Positions 19,392 to 29,000 of a DNA stretch of 64,000 bases are shown piece by piece. The notes under the pieces were generated by a model. The model made no database searches. It saw nothing but the letters and a program-made list of their open reading frames with translations, and was not told the DNA's origin. Position numbers and translations under genes: made by a program. Numbering within the stretch: the first letter of the stretch is position 1; the number at the start of each line of letters is the position of its first letter. The DNA lies in IMG/VR virus record IMGVR_UViG_3300042887_005053, positions 140,337 through 204,336 of that record, one strand, 5' to 3'.

Positions 19392-19952
19392 ATGGAAATT
19401 AAGAAATTTATTCGTCAAGAAAAAACTACAAATGTAGAAAAACCACAAACAAGTGGAACAGTAATCACTCCTTCAAAGTTGACTGAAGAAACCATTTCAA
19501 TTTTGACTGAAAGAATAAAAGATGAGTATACTGCTCACTATTTCTATAGATCAGCTGCTAACTGGTGTCGTAACATGAACTATAAAAAAGCATCACAATT
19601 CTTTGATAATGAATCAAGTTCAGAATTAGAACATGCTAAAGGATTACAAGAGTATATGGATGACTTTAATGTTCAACCACATATTCTACAAACAGAAACA
19701 AACTTTGAGTTTGATTCATTAGTTGATATTATAAATGGTGCATATCAAATGGAACATTCGTTGATGAATTCATATAATCAAAGTTCATCAGCATTATTTA
19801 CTACTGACTTAACTACATTTGATTTCTTAGCTAATTATAGAACAATTCAAAAAGAAGCTGTAATTGAGTATTCTGATTTATTGAATGCATTAATGTTAGT
19901 AAATCATACTGATAAGTTTCAGGTTCTTTATTTTGAACAAACATATTTTTAA
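19392..19952 (+). CDS. ftnA: Ferritin (non-haem FtnA-like)
   Basis: Ferroxidase-centre pattern EYTAHYFY...ELEHA...MEHSL...TTFDFL...IQKEAVIE. Confidence 0.8.
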   Translation: MEIKKFIRQEKTTNVEKPQTSGTVITPSKLTEETISILTERIKDEYTAHYFYRSAANWCRNMNYKKASQFFDNESSSELEHAKGLQEYMDDFNVQPHILQTETNFEFDSLVDIINGAYQMEHSLMNSYNQSSSALFTTDLTTFDFLANYRTIQKEAVIEYSDLLNALMLVNHTDKFQVLYFEQTYF

Positions 19953-19956
19953 TACA

Positions 19957-20217
19957 GTGAAATACTTAAAGAAATTTGAAGCATATACATTCGAGGACTT
20001 TACTCTCAGTGATATTGAAGATGTTAAAGATTTGTTAGAATATGGTTTGCCTATTGAACAAATTGCGATAGAATTAGACTTTACGGTCGATAAAGTGAAA
20101 CAAATAGTTCACTCTATTGAAAAGAATAAAAAAACGACTACAAAAGGATGTGGTTGTTGTTCAGATTGTACCGGTGAAGTGGATTGTGAATGTGGTTGTG
20201 TTGAGTGTGAATGCTAA
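19957..20217 (+). CDS. Tagged small protein with HTH-like segment and Cys-rich metallothionein-like tail
   Basis: The GTG start at 19957 gives MKYLKKFEAY. Contains GLPIEQIAIELDFTVDKVKQI and the tail GCGCCSDCTGEVDCECGCVECEC. Confidence 0.65.
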   Translation: MKYLKKFEAYTFEDFTLSDIEDVKDLLEYGLPIEQIAIELDFTVDKVKQIVHSIEKNKKTTTKGCGCCSDCTGEVDCECGCVECEC

Positions 20218-20253
20218 AAATTAGTTACTATAAACTATAAATAAAATTATTAT

Positions 20254-20625
20254 ATGGAAAAATTAATGACATTCGAATCTTTCTCTGATGAAATAGATTA
20301 TGAAAACTACTACTATTTAGTAGAAGATATATTACTACTTGAAGAAGTAACAGCTGGGTCAGTTGATACTGCTGGGTCAAAAGCATCAAAGATGATAAAA
20401 AAGAAATCAGAACAAAGTGGTATTCCTGTTGGAATTCTTAAAAAGGTTTATAAGCGAGGGCAAGCTGCTTGGAATGCTGGTCATCGTCCAGGTACACCAC
20501 AACAAGCTTGGGCTACTGGTAGGGTAAATAGTTTTATAACTGGTGCTGGTGGAGCTAGAAAAGCTGACAATGACTTATGGGCAAAAGCTAAAGCTGCTAA
20601 AGCTAGAAAAAAGAAGAAAAAATAA
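20254..20625 (+). CDS. Tagged protein with basic DUF5824-like domain
   Basis: Starts MEKLMTFESF and contains SGIPVGILKKVYKRGQAAWNAGHRPGTPQQAWATGRVNSF. Confidence 0.6.
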   Translation: MEKLMTFESFSDEIDYENYYYLVEDILLLEEVTAGSVDTAGSKASKMIKKKSEQSGIPVGILKKVYKRGQAAWNAGHRPGTPQQAWATGRVNSFITGAGGARKADNDLWAKAKAAKARKKKKK

Positions 20626-21089
20626 TGAAATACTTAAAAAGATTTAATGAAAATTTAGATAATAATTCTTATAAAATTCATATACCCGAAAAATATTCAG
20701 GGGTTAGAATGGAATTTGGGGAATTTGCCTCACCACAAGACATAATTGATACGTACAATCAGATAGTAGAAGAAGGAGTTCCTTTGGTAAGTTATTCCGA
20801 GGATGGGTTCTTCACTAATGAAGATGATGAAGAAATTGAAGAGTTTATAATTCTTGATGAATTGAATTATGCTATTGTTGGTGAAGAAGAAGATAATATG
20901 GGAGATTTACCAAAACAAAAAAGATTTGGTGATGGTAATGAAAATGAAATCTATTTAACCAATAATGTAAGATTCCACCGTAAAGGGAATGAGTTAACTT
21001 TAAGTTACACCCCAACTAAAATTGGAGGGGGACTTAGAATATCTGATGAACAGAAGAATATGTTAATTGATTTTTTAACCAAGAATTAA
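20625..21089 (+). CDS. Tagged acidic hypothetical protein
   Basis: Starts MKYLKRFNEN. Confidence 0.6.
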   Translation: MKYLKRFNENLDNNSYKIHIPEKYSGVRMEFGEFASPQDIIDTYNQIVEEGVPLVSYSEDGFFTNEDDEEIEEFIILDELNYAIVGEEEDNMGDLPKQKRFGDGNENEIYLTNNVRFHRKGNELTLSYTPTKIGGGLRISDEQKNMLIDFLTKN

Positions 21090-21174
21090 CCTCTCTAATG
21101 ACATTATTGTTGAAAAGGTAATTAAAGAAAATGAAGATATGATTCGCATTGAAATGAATTGCAGATTATCTTAA

Positions 21175-21204
21175 CAAAAAAGAGACCTATTGGTCTCTTT
21201 TTTG
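21175..21204. terminator. Bidirectional intrinsic terminator
   Basis: CAAAAAAGAGACC-tatt-GGTCTCTTTTTTG, a perfect inverted repeat between convergent genes. Confidence 0.85.
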
Positions 21205-21205
21205 T

Positions 21206-22339
21206 TTATTCGGATAGCCCTTTATAGTTATCATCATATATCTTTACAACCTCATTAAATTCTTGTAAGACACCATTTTTAATTTTATCTGACTCGTACT
21301 TACTTCCATTTATATATTCTCGAATCATTTCTGTATACTCTAATTGTATAGTTGGAATAACTCCTTCATCAAATTCATCGGTACTAAGTTCTTCGGTAAT
21401 TATTTCTCCGTTTTCAGCTTTTTGTAATACAATATCGTCTAAATACTCAACAGAAGCAAAGTTTCCTTGTTCAAGCATAGCTTCTAATTTTCTTCTTAGT
21501 TTTCTGTTATTTATTAACAAAGAATTGGAAATAAATAGATCAATATAGTCCTTTGTTGAAACTGAATCTAACGAAAGAATATCATCTTCTGACTTTAGAT
21601 ATACTTTCTTGAATTTCGGTGAAACATTATTTGGAATAAATCTTTCTGTATTTTCAATCACATCTAAAATAAAAATTCCTTTTTGATTTCCTAAATCATT
21701 TCTATCCATTTCAAAAAGATTACCAACAAAAGTAAAATTTTTATTTACTTGTTTAAGATGAATATGTCCACTGTATACTGATCTATATCCACTAAATTCT
21801 TCAACATCAATTTTGTCGTGGTTCTTATGTGCAACTGATGTTAAATGCATTTTAGCTCCATTTAGATCTGAGTGACAAAATAGATAATCACAACCACTAA
21901 ATTGTTTTAGTATTTCAATTTGATTTTTTCTTTTCTCTACCCAGGGTAACATAAGAATAGACTTTCCCATAAAATCTATTTTAGTTGGTTCTTCATACAC
22001 GGTAACACCTGGAATATATTTATAGAGTTTAACTGTATTTACATCATTGGTAGCCTTTGTATATAAATCATGATTTCCAATAATGATGTGAACTTGACAA
22101 ATTTTGGCTATTTCCTCTAAAAGATTCTGAGCATAATTAAGAATATTGATGGGTATTACTGACCTATTGTCAAATAAGTCACCAAGATGTACAATAATAT
22201 CATCTTTAGTTAATTCTTTTCTAAGAAGTGGTAGAAGAAAATCGTTGAAGTATTCTTGATGAACTTTGAACCACTTATCGACAGAGTTAGGGTAGCCAAG
22301 TCCTAAGTGGGTATCACCAACCAGTAATATTTTAGACAT
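21206..22339 (-). CDS. gp47: Mre11/SbcD-like recombination nuclease (T4 gp47-like)
   Basis: Metallophosphoesterase motifs GDTHLG, LGDLFD, IGNHD, FCH and SGHIH. Confidence 0.88.
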   Translation of the reverse strand: MSKILLVGDTHLGLGYPNSVDKWFKVHQEYFNDFLLPLLRKELTKDDIIVHLGDLFDNRSVIPINILNYAQNLLEEIAKICQVHIIIGNHDLYTKATNDVNTVKLYKYIPGVTVYEEPTKIDFMGKSILMLPWVEKRKNQIEILKQFSGCDYLFCHSDLNGAKMHLTSVAHKNHDKIDVEEFSGYRSVYSGHIHLKQVNKNFTFVGNLFEMDRNDLGNQKGIFILDVIENTERFIPNNVSPKFKKVYLKSEDDILSLDSVSTKDYIDLFISNSLLINNRKLRRKLEAMLEQGNFASVEYLDDIVLQKAENGEIITEELSTDEFDEGVIPTIQLEYTEMIREYINGSKYESDKIKNGVLQEFNEVVKIYDDNYKGLSE

Positions 22340-22442
22340 TCATGTAATTATATTTTAGTATTATATGATGAGTATCAACAAAAGTTATAGTATATTATGT
22401 CTCCGACAAAGTAAAACTAAAGTAAGAATAAAGAGTTGTTTA

Positions 22443-22526
22443 GAAAAAATTCGTTTTTATAAGTAAATATATATACATACAAAAGAATATTAAATAACTA
22501 GAGACTTTTTTTTATTTAATATATAC
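22443..22526 (+). promoter_or_regulatory. Representative late promoters (TAATATATA class) upstream of tail tube
   Basis: AAATATATATAC at about 22465 and TTAATATATAC at 22516. The same motif precedes about 28 genes on both strands. Confidence 0.7.
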
Positions 22527-22570
22527 TTTATAATTGTTCAACCAATTAAAATAAAAAAATATAAAGAGTT

Positions 22571-23191
22571 ATGCCACTTCCGCACTTTACTCAATTACAG
22601 ATGACTGGTTCACCAGGTGGTCCCGGTACTAAACCAGAAGAACCAGTATACTTAAACCTGTTTGAAATAACATTTATTTTACCTACAATATTACAAGCTC
22701 AAGGTAGAGATCCTATCATGATGTTACAGCAAGCAAACAAAGTTTCTTTGAACTTGACTGAAGCTATTGGTGTAGCGCAACAAAAGTTCAAGTATTCAAC
22801 AAGAGCCTTTCTACAGACTCCTGAGAAAACTCATGTTGAATTTGATATTACTTTCAATGTGAATGTTAACGAAAGAGGTAATATGACTACTTGGGACACA
22901 CTAAAAGCATGGTATGATTTAGTATGGAATTCTCAAAATGGTTCTCTTCACTATAAGAGTGATATTATTGGAACCATTATTGTTAATCAACACGATAAAA
23001 AAGGTGTTGTGTTGAGACGTGTTACTTTCCAGAACTGTCAAATTAAGAATGTTGGGGGTCTTGAATTATCCTGGGCAAATGCTGGTGATATTTGGAATGA
23101 TATTACAGCTGGTTTTGTAGCTGATTACTGGATTGATGAGTACATCGATGGCAACTTCACTATTTCTCCGCCTTTAATTCCTGGGTACTAA
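22571..23191 (+). CDS. gp19: Tail tube protein (T4 gp19-like)
   Basis: NLFEITF...LKAWYDLVWNSQNG...YKSDIIGTIIVNQHDKKGVVLRRVTFQNC...FVADYW, with a strong late motif upstream. Confidence 0.75.
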   Translation: MPLPHFTQLQMTGSPGGPGTKPEEPVYLNLFEITFILPTILQAQGRDPIMMLQQANKVSLNLTEAIGVAQQKFKYSTRAFLQTPEKTHVEFDITFNVNVNERGNMTTWDTLKAWYDLVWNSQNGSLHYKSDIIGTIIVNQHDKKGVVLRRVTFQNCQIKNVGGLELSWANAGDIWNDITAGFVADYWIDEYIDGNFTISPPLIPGY

Positions 23192-23230
23192 AATTAAACA
23201 AAGTATATATTTTTTCATAATATATACAAT

Positions 23231-24793
23231 ATGACGAATTCCGATTTAAACAAAGACACTAGATGGATAGAAAAAAACTATCCATCTTTTTTTTGTGATA
23301 TTAGTAACTACACTAGTATAGATATTCCTTGGAAAGAAAAATATTTTTGGAGTGTTAATGGAATCAAGGATAAACCTAAATGTACAATCTGTGATAATGA
23401 ACTAAAATTTTTGTCTATAAAAAAGGGTTATACTAAATTCTGTTCTAGAAAATGCACGGCCATTGGCACTATCGATAAGAAAAAAAATACTTGTATTCAA
23501 AAATATGGTGTTGATAATCCAATGAAATCCGAGATGATAAAGGATAAGTTTGATAAACTAATAACTGAAAAGTATGGTGTATCAAACATCTCAAAATTAT
23601 TAGACACAAAGGATAAAAAGAAAAATACTATGTTGTTGAATTATGGTGTTGAGTATAATTCACAAAGAGATGAGGTTAAGAGTTTACTTTCAGAAAAAAT
23701 GGTTCAAAAGTCAAGTGAAATGAACTATAAAAGATCACTTCAAATATTTGAAAATCTTAATAAAAAAATAGAAATGTTTGATATTAAATTAGTATCAGTC
23801 AAATCATCTAATTATCAGTTTGAATGTTTTAATTGTGGTGAAGTTTTTGCCATACATAAAAACACTCTTAATGATAGAATACGAAATCAAAACACAATTT
23901 GTACAATATGTAATAAAATTGACAACACATCTAATTCACAGGAGATAATTTTGGATTTTATTAAATCGATTTATAACGGTCCTATAAAATCAAATGATAG
24001 ACATTTAGGATTTGAGTTAGATATATATTTACCAGAGTTAAAAATAGCATTTGAATATAACGGTGTGTACTGGCATTCAGATGAATTCAAAGATAAAAAA
24101 TATCATTTTAACAAGACTAAAATGTGTAGTGAGAATGGTATAAAACTAATTCATATTTGGGAAGATTTCTTCATATCAAAGAGAAATATAGTTTTGTCAA
24201 GAATATCTAATCTTCTTGGAAACAGTAAAAGAGTTCACGGAAGAAATTGTAAAGTTTCATTTATTAGTAATGACGAGTATGTAAAGTTTATAGAAGAAAA
24301 CCATCTACAGGGTTATGTAGTATCAAAATACAGAATAGGAATTTATTACAATAATGATTTATACGGTGTTATGTCTTTTGGTGGTCTTAGAAAAGCACTC
24401 GGTCAAAAAAGTGAGAGTGGAACTTATGAGTTATTGAGGTTTTGTAACAAAAATGGATATACTATTGTTGGTGGAGCATCTAAGATGTTGAATTTTTTTA
24501 TTAAGAATATTTGTCCAAATAAAATAATTAGTTATGCTGATAAATCTTGGTCATCCGGTAGTATTTATTATAGGTTAGGTTTTAGATTTGATTCTGAGAC
24601 TGCTCCTAATTATTATTACATAAAAAATGGAGTTAGATACAACAGATTTTCCTTTAGAAAAGATATTTTAGTTAGAAATGGAGAAAACAGTTCTTTGTCT
24701 GAGTCTGAGATTATGAGAAAGAATAAATATTACAAAATATATGACTCTGGTAATTACAAATTTATTTGGGAAAATAAAAATCCAATCATTTGA
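23231..24793 (+). CDS. Hef-like homing endonuclease (KYGV repeats, Zn ribbon, PD-(D/E)xK/Vsr-like nuclease, C-terminal GNAT/Mom-like domain)
   Basis: KYGVDNPMKS repeats, ELDIYLPELKIAFEYNGVYWHS, and FIEENHLQG...YELLRFC...GGASKML...SYAD. Confidence 0.7.
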   Translation: MTNSDLNKDTRWIEKNYPSFFCDISNYTSIDIPWKEKYFWSVNGIKDKPKCTICDNELKFLSIKKGYTKFCSRKCTAIGTIDKKKNTCIQKYGVDNPMKSEMIKDKFDKLITEKYGVSNISKLLDTKDKKKNTMLLNYGVEYNSQRDEVKSLLSEKMVQKSSEMNYKRSLQIFENLNKKIEMFDIKLVSVKSSNYQFECFNCGEVFAIHKNTLNDRIRNQNTICTICNKIDNTSNSQEIILDFIKSIYNGPIKSNDRHLGFELDIYLPELKIAFEYNGVYWHSDEFKDKKYHFNKTKMCSENGIKLIHIWEDFFISKRNIVLSRISNLLGNSKRVHGRNCKVSFISNDEYVKFIEENHLQGYVVSKYRIGIYYNNDLYGVMSFGGLRKALGQKSESGTYELLRFCNKNGYTIVGGASKMLNFFIKNICPNKIISYADKSWSSGSIYYRLGFRFDSETAPNYYYIKNGVRYNRFSFRKDILVRNGENSSLSESEIMRKNKYYKIYDSGNYKFIWENKNPII

Positions 24794-24803
24794 TTGGATT
24801 TTT
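24776..24803. terminator. Bidirectional intrinsic terminator
   Basis: AAAAATCCAATCA-tt-TGATTGGATTTTT. Confidence 0.75.
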
Positions 24804-24810
24804 TTAGATA

Positions 24811-25059
24811 TTATTTAAATTTATTCATCATACTATTCATCGAACTCATGTAAGAGTTTGGATTGAAGTTTGGTGTATTTTTACCTTGGTCTTCTTCTTG
24901 TTTCTTCTTTTGTTTTTCTTCTTCTTCTGTTATCTCATTAACAATTTTGATGTTTTCTTCAAGCATCCAGAATGGCCAACTATCTATTGCGGATTCTTGT
25001 AGATGATAGTTTTTTTGAAGTAATAGTTTATTCTTCAATAAATTGGTCAAATGCGTCAT
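24811..25059 (-). CDS. Small tail/baseplate assembly chaperone-like protein (possibly made by frameshift from the upstream gene)
   Basis: LQKNYHLQESAIDSWPFWMLE resembles the short ORFs that follow gp26-like genes. It overlaps the upstream gene in the +1 frame. Confidence 0.5.
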   Translation of the reverse strand: MTHLTNLLKNKLLLQKNYHLQESAIDSWPFWMLEENIKIVNEITEEEEKQKKKQEEDQGKNTPNFNPNSYMSSMNSMMNKFK

Positions 25060-25969
25060 GAACAACGAAAATAGCTGACGGTCCGTCGGGAAAGATCATA
25101 TCCGTGTGTACCTCCAGGCCACACGAACATTTTTTAACCAATTTCTCGATACCAAAACTCATCTTATCGACTGCTGAGTTCAAGAATTGGAAAGAAATAT
25201 CATCCATTTTGTCGTATTCTGCTAATTTAGATTTAATTCCATCCAAAGTAATTGATGTTCTATCATATAATAAGAAAGGAATAATTTTCAAGAATGAAAG
25301 ATTTGGTTTTCTTTTCTCTGAGTTTTCTTGAATAATATACTCTGTGAAACTTTTTTGTAAACCAATTGTTGGTGGTGCAAGATGGTAAGATTTACCATTT
25401 TTAAGTGTAAATTTAAAAGAATAACTTTGTGGGTCAAAGTATTTTACAATCTTTTGATCAATTTCAAACTTTATAAAGTTTTCTCTTTTAAGTTCTACTT
25501 GGATTTCGCTATTACAAGTACAAGTTGTCTTAGTAGTAAGAGAAGAACCTTGTTGGAAGGTAAGTTCTCTGATTAGGAAAATTAGGTAATATCTGTCTGG
25601 GTCACGAATTTCAATATAACTTCCTATTCTACCATCTAAATATTTAACTCTAACACAAGCAGCAAGCATATCATTCATTTTTTCAACAATATCGTAGAAA
25701 TTATTATCATCGACCATCGAATACGCTTGAATTTCTTTTACTTGGGCTGGTCTGACTTGAATTGTAGTTCCTGCTGGGTAGAATATGCCACAAGGAAATT
25801 CTTTAACATCAAAAGCAAAATATTGTAGTTCTGAAGTTCTTGTATTTTCTACTTGTACGGAATTTTGTGGTTGTTGATATGTTTGCTGAGTTGTTTTATT
25901 TTCGATTCCTTCGAGATGTTTTCTAAGATATTCTTCTTCGGAAAGTTGTGCTTTATTTTGATCAGACAT
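25028..25969 (-). CDS. Baseplate hub/tail assembly chaperone (T4 gp26-like)
   Basis: IQVRPAQVKEI...DRYYLIFLIRELTF...CTC...LAPPTIG...CSCG, two Zn-binding pairs typical of gp26-like proteins. Confidence 0.6.
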   Translation of the reverse strand: MSDQNKAQLSEEEYLRKHLEGIENKTTQQTYQQPQNSVQVENTRTSELQYFAFDVKEFPCGIFYPAGTTIQVRPAQVKEIQAYSMVDDNNFYDIVEKMNDMLAACVRVKYLDGRIGSYIEIRDPDRYYLIFLIRELTFQQGSSLTTKTTCTCNSEIQVELKRENFIKFEIDQKIVKYFDPQSYSFKFTLKNGKSYHLAPPTIGLQKSFTEYIIQENSEKRKPNLSFLKIIPFLLYDRTSITLDGIKSKLAEYDKMDDISFQFLNSAVDKMSFGIEKLVKKCSCGLEVHTDMIFPDGPSAIFVVHDAFDQFIEE

Positions 25970-26037
25970 AAAGTTGTAATATTTTTTATTAAAATATATA
26001 TTACAACCTCATGTCTCTCCTTTGAAATTTCAAAAAT

Positions 26038-29000
26038 TTAGATAGATGTATAAGTTACTCTACTCCAAGTAGCGGTCGTACCTCTATAAAAATTGAGTGT
26101 TTCTTGATCAGTATTATATACCGTCAGTCCATCGGCGGGACTCGAAATTGCTAGTATTTGAGCGGTCGTGAGTCTTGGTAACAATATACCCTGTGAGTCA
26201 GAGGTGAAATTTACTAAAGTAGTATTTGTATCACCAGTTTGTTTATTGACTGTCAACATCGCTGAGGGTGATTGTGTACCAACACCAAAGTAACCCTGTG
26301 AATTCACATTAATTCTTTGTTGACCAGAGCCATTGGCAATTATAATCGAGTTTGTGATTCCGGGTGGTAAATTCACTCTAGCTCCGATTACCGTATTATT
26401 AAAGTTTGAATTTGCTGATGTTGTTATTCCAAATCCAATGTAGGTATTGTTTGATCCAAATGTCATACCAACGGGTACACCAATACCGATATTACCTCCA
26501 ATAAGAGTATTGAAACTACCGGAAGCTAAACCAGCACCTGAGATAGCTCCTATATAGGTATTATCGGTATCCGTCCAATCAGGTGATATTGAGGATGAAA
26601 TTGCACCACCAGCACTGGCTCCTGCCATAAAACCAATAGCTGTATTTCTTGTTCCTTTACCCAAACTTTTAAGTGATTCCGCACCAACACCAACATTATA
26701 CGAACCGGTCGCTAATAACATGGTGTTATGTCCAAGTGCTAAGTTGTTATCACCTATTCTATTAATCGAAAGTGCGAAATATCCGATGGCTATATTTCTA
26801 TATCCGGTTGTATTCGCTATTAAAGCGGCTCGGCCTATCCCAACATTAAACGATGCGTTTGAGTTTGAAGTATTGTCGACGTTATTTCGGAGTGCTTGGT
26901 ATCCGATGGCAATATTGTCTATTCCTATAGTGTTTTCTTGAAGAGCGCCCGATCCAATTGCAATATTTCTAATACCAACTGTATTTCTAAGTAAAGCACT
27001 TGTGCCTATTGCTATCGTATCTTCGCTGTAGGTCGAAGCTTGAAGTGCACTTGTGCCTATTGCAATATTGTTAAAAGCATATCCGGTTGAGTTTGTCCCA
27101 CTTAATCTACTTGGTGCGGATCCAAGATTATAACCAGCTCTCCATCCAATCGCAACATTGTTAATACTATAAGAACCAAGTTGCATAGCTTGATATCCTA
27201 CAGCCACATTTGCACTTGAGTTCAATGCGTTAGACATTGCTTCATAACCAACAGCAACTGACTGGCTACCCTGATTAAATTGTAATGTATAGTTACCTAC
27301 ACCTACTTGAAATGACGGATAATGTATTTGTGTCAATCCTGGCATTATAGCCGAAGCTGTGACTGAGCTATACATTTGCATGGATCTATATCCAATCGAT
27401 AAGTTTTCATTTGGTGGTCTTCTGAAATTAACTGTTGAAGTTGTTGCCCAGTCGACTGTATCTGTTCCTGCAACAACCGCAAGTTGCGGTATACCCATAT
27501 AATATTGAGACTCACCTCCTATTGCAATATTGTTAAAAGCATATCCGGTTGAGTTTGTCCCACTTAATCTACTTGGTGCGGATCCAAGATTATAACCAGC
27601 TCTCCATCCAATCGCAACATTGTTAATACTATAAGAACCAAGTTGCATAGCTTGATATCCTATAGCCACATTTGCACTTGAGTTCAATGCGTTAGCCATT
27701 GCTTGATAACCAACTGCTGTTGATTGACTACCCTGATTAAATTGTAATGTATAATTACCTACACCTACTTGAAATGCTGGATAATGTATTTGTGTCAATC
27801 CTGGCATTATATTCGAAGCTGTGACAACGCTATACATCGCCATGGATTTATATCCAATCGATAAGTTTTCATTTGGTGGTCTTCTGAAATTAACTGTTGA
27901 AGTTGTTGCCCAGTCGACTGTATCTGTTCCTGCAACGACCGCAAGTTGCGGTATACCCATATAATATTGAGACTCACCTCCTATTGCTACATTGAAACTA
28001 CTATTAGTAGCGTTACCGAGTGCATAACCACCAATCGCCACATTCCAACTACCCGACAGACTTTGAAACAAACTTTCATATCCCATTGAGACATTATTAC
28101 TTCCTCGTAGAAAATATCCTGAGTTTCCACCTATAGTTATATTATTAGCTCCACTAAGATTAGATGCTTGTGATTGAACACCGATCGCGACATTGTTACT
28201 ACCGGGATTACCAGCATTTAGAGTATTTAATCCTATTGCTACATTCCCATTCGTTGTTTGAACACCATTTCCAGCATTTGAACCAAGTGCTGTGTTATTT
28301 ATACCGGTTGTCAAATTTTGTAATGATCTCCATCCGATACCTACATTGTGACCATCTTGTCCTGAATATCTTTCAAGTGCACTATGACCAATTGCAATAG
28401 TTCTACTAGCCATTGTTGCGGTGTGTAATGTGAAGTTGCCAATTGCGACATTGAAGTTTGCTTGTGATGTATTATTCGCTACTGATCCAAATAAATTGTT
28501 TAAATCAAAGTTACGTATAGAACCCAAGTTATAACCCGCTCTAAATCCAATAGCGACATTGTTCGTACTATGAGATCCAAATGACAAAGCCTCACCACCA
28601 ATTGCTGTGTTTCTGAATCCAGTAACATTATTTTGCATTGCCGCATAACCAATTGAAGTGTTGAAACCTTTAGCTCTAGTCCTTTCTCCAAACGATGCGT
28701 AGGAAGTCAAAACTCCATCTCCCTTAGACCAACCTATTGTTGAATATGTTGTTCCTTGGTTATTCTGTAGTGCAAAATTACCAATTGCGACATTATATGA
28801 AGATGAAACTGTATATGTCAAACCAAACCAAAAAGATCCTGTAGTTCCCTCAAATGCTCTATAACCTATTGCCAAGTTATTAGAAGATGGTGTTATACCC
28901 GCCCATCTTGAGTCATAGAATCCCATGTATCTATGTGTCCACTGACCAATACCAATATTTTGATTGTAGTTTGATAAAAAGTTAGTAGAGTCTGATCCTG

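Noticed and set aside
22340-22570. tRNA or structured ncRNA in the longer intergenic gaps (also 42166-42365, 55055-55195)
   Set aside because: The gaps are extremely AT-rich, show no cloverleaf or T-loop motif, and are explained by promoter elements.
27056-27987. Diversity-generating retroelement TR/VR pair
   Set aside because: The mismatches are not adenine-specific, both copies are in frame in one gene, and no reverse transcriptase is in the window.
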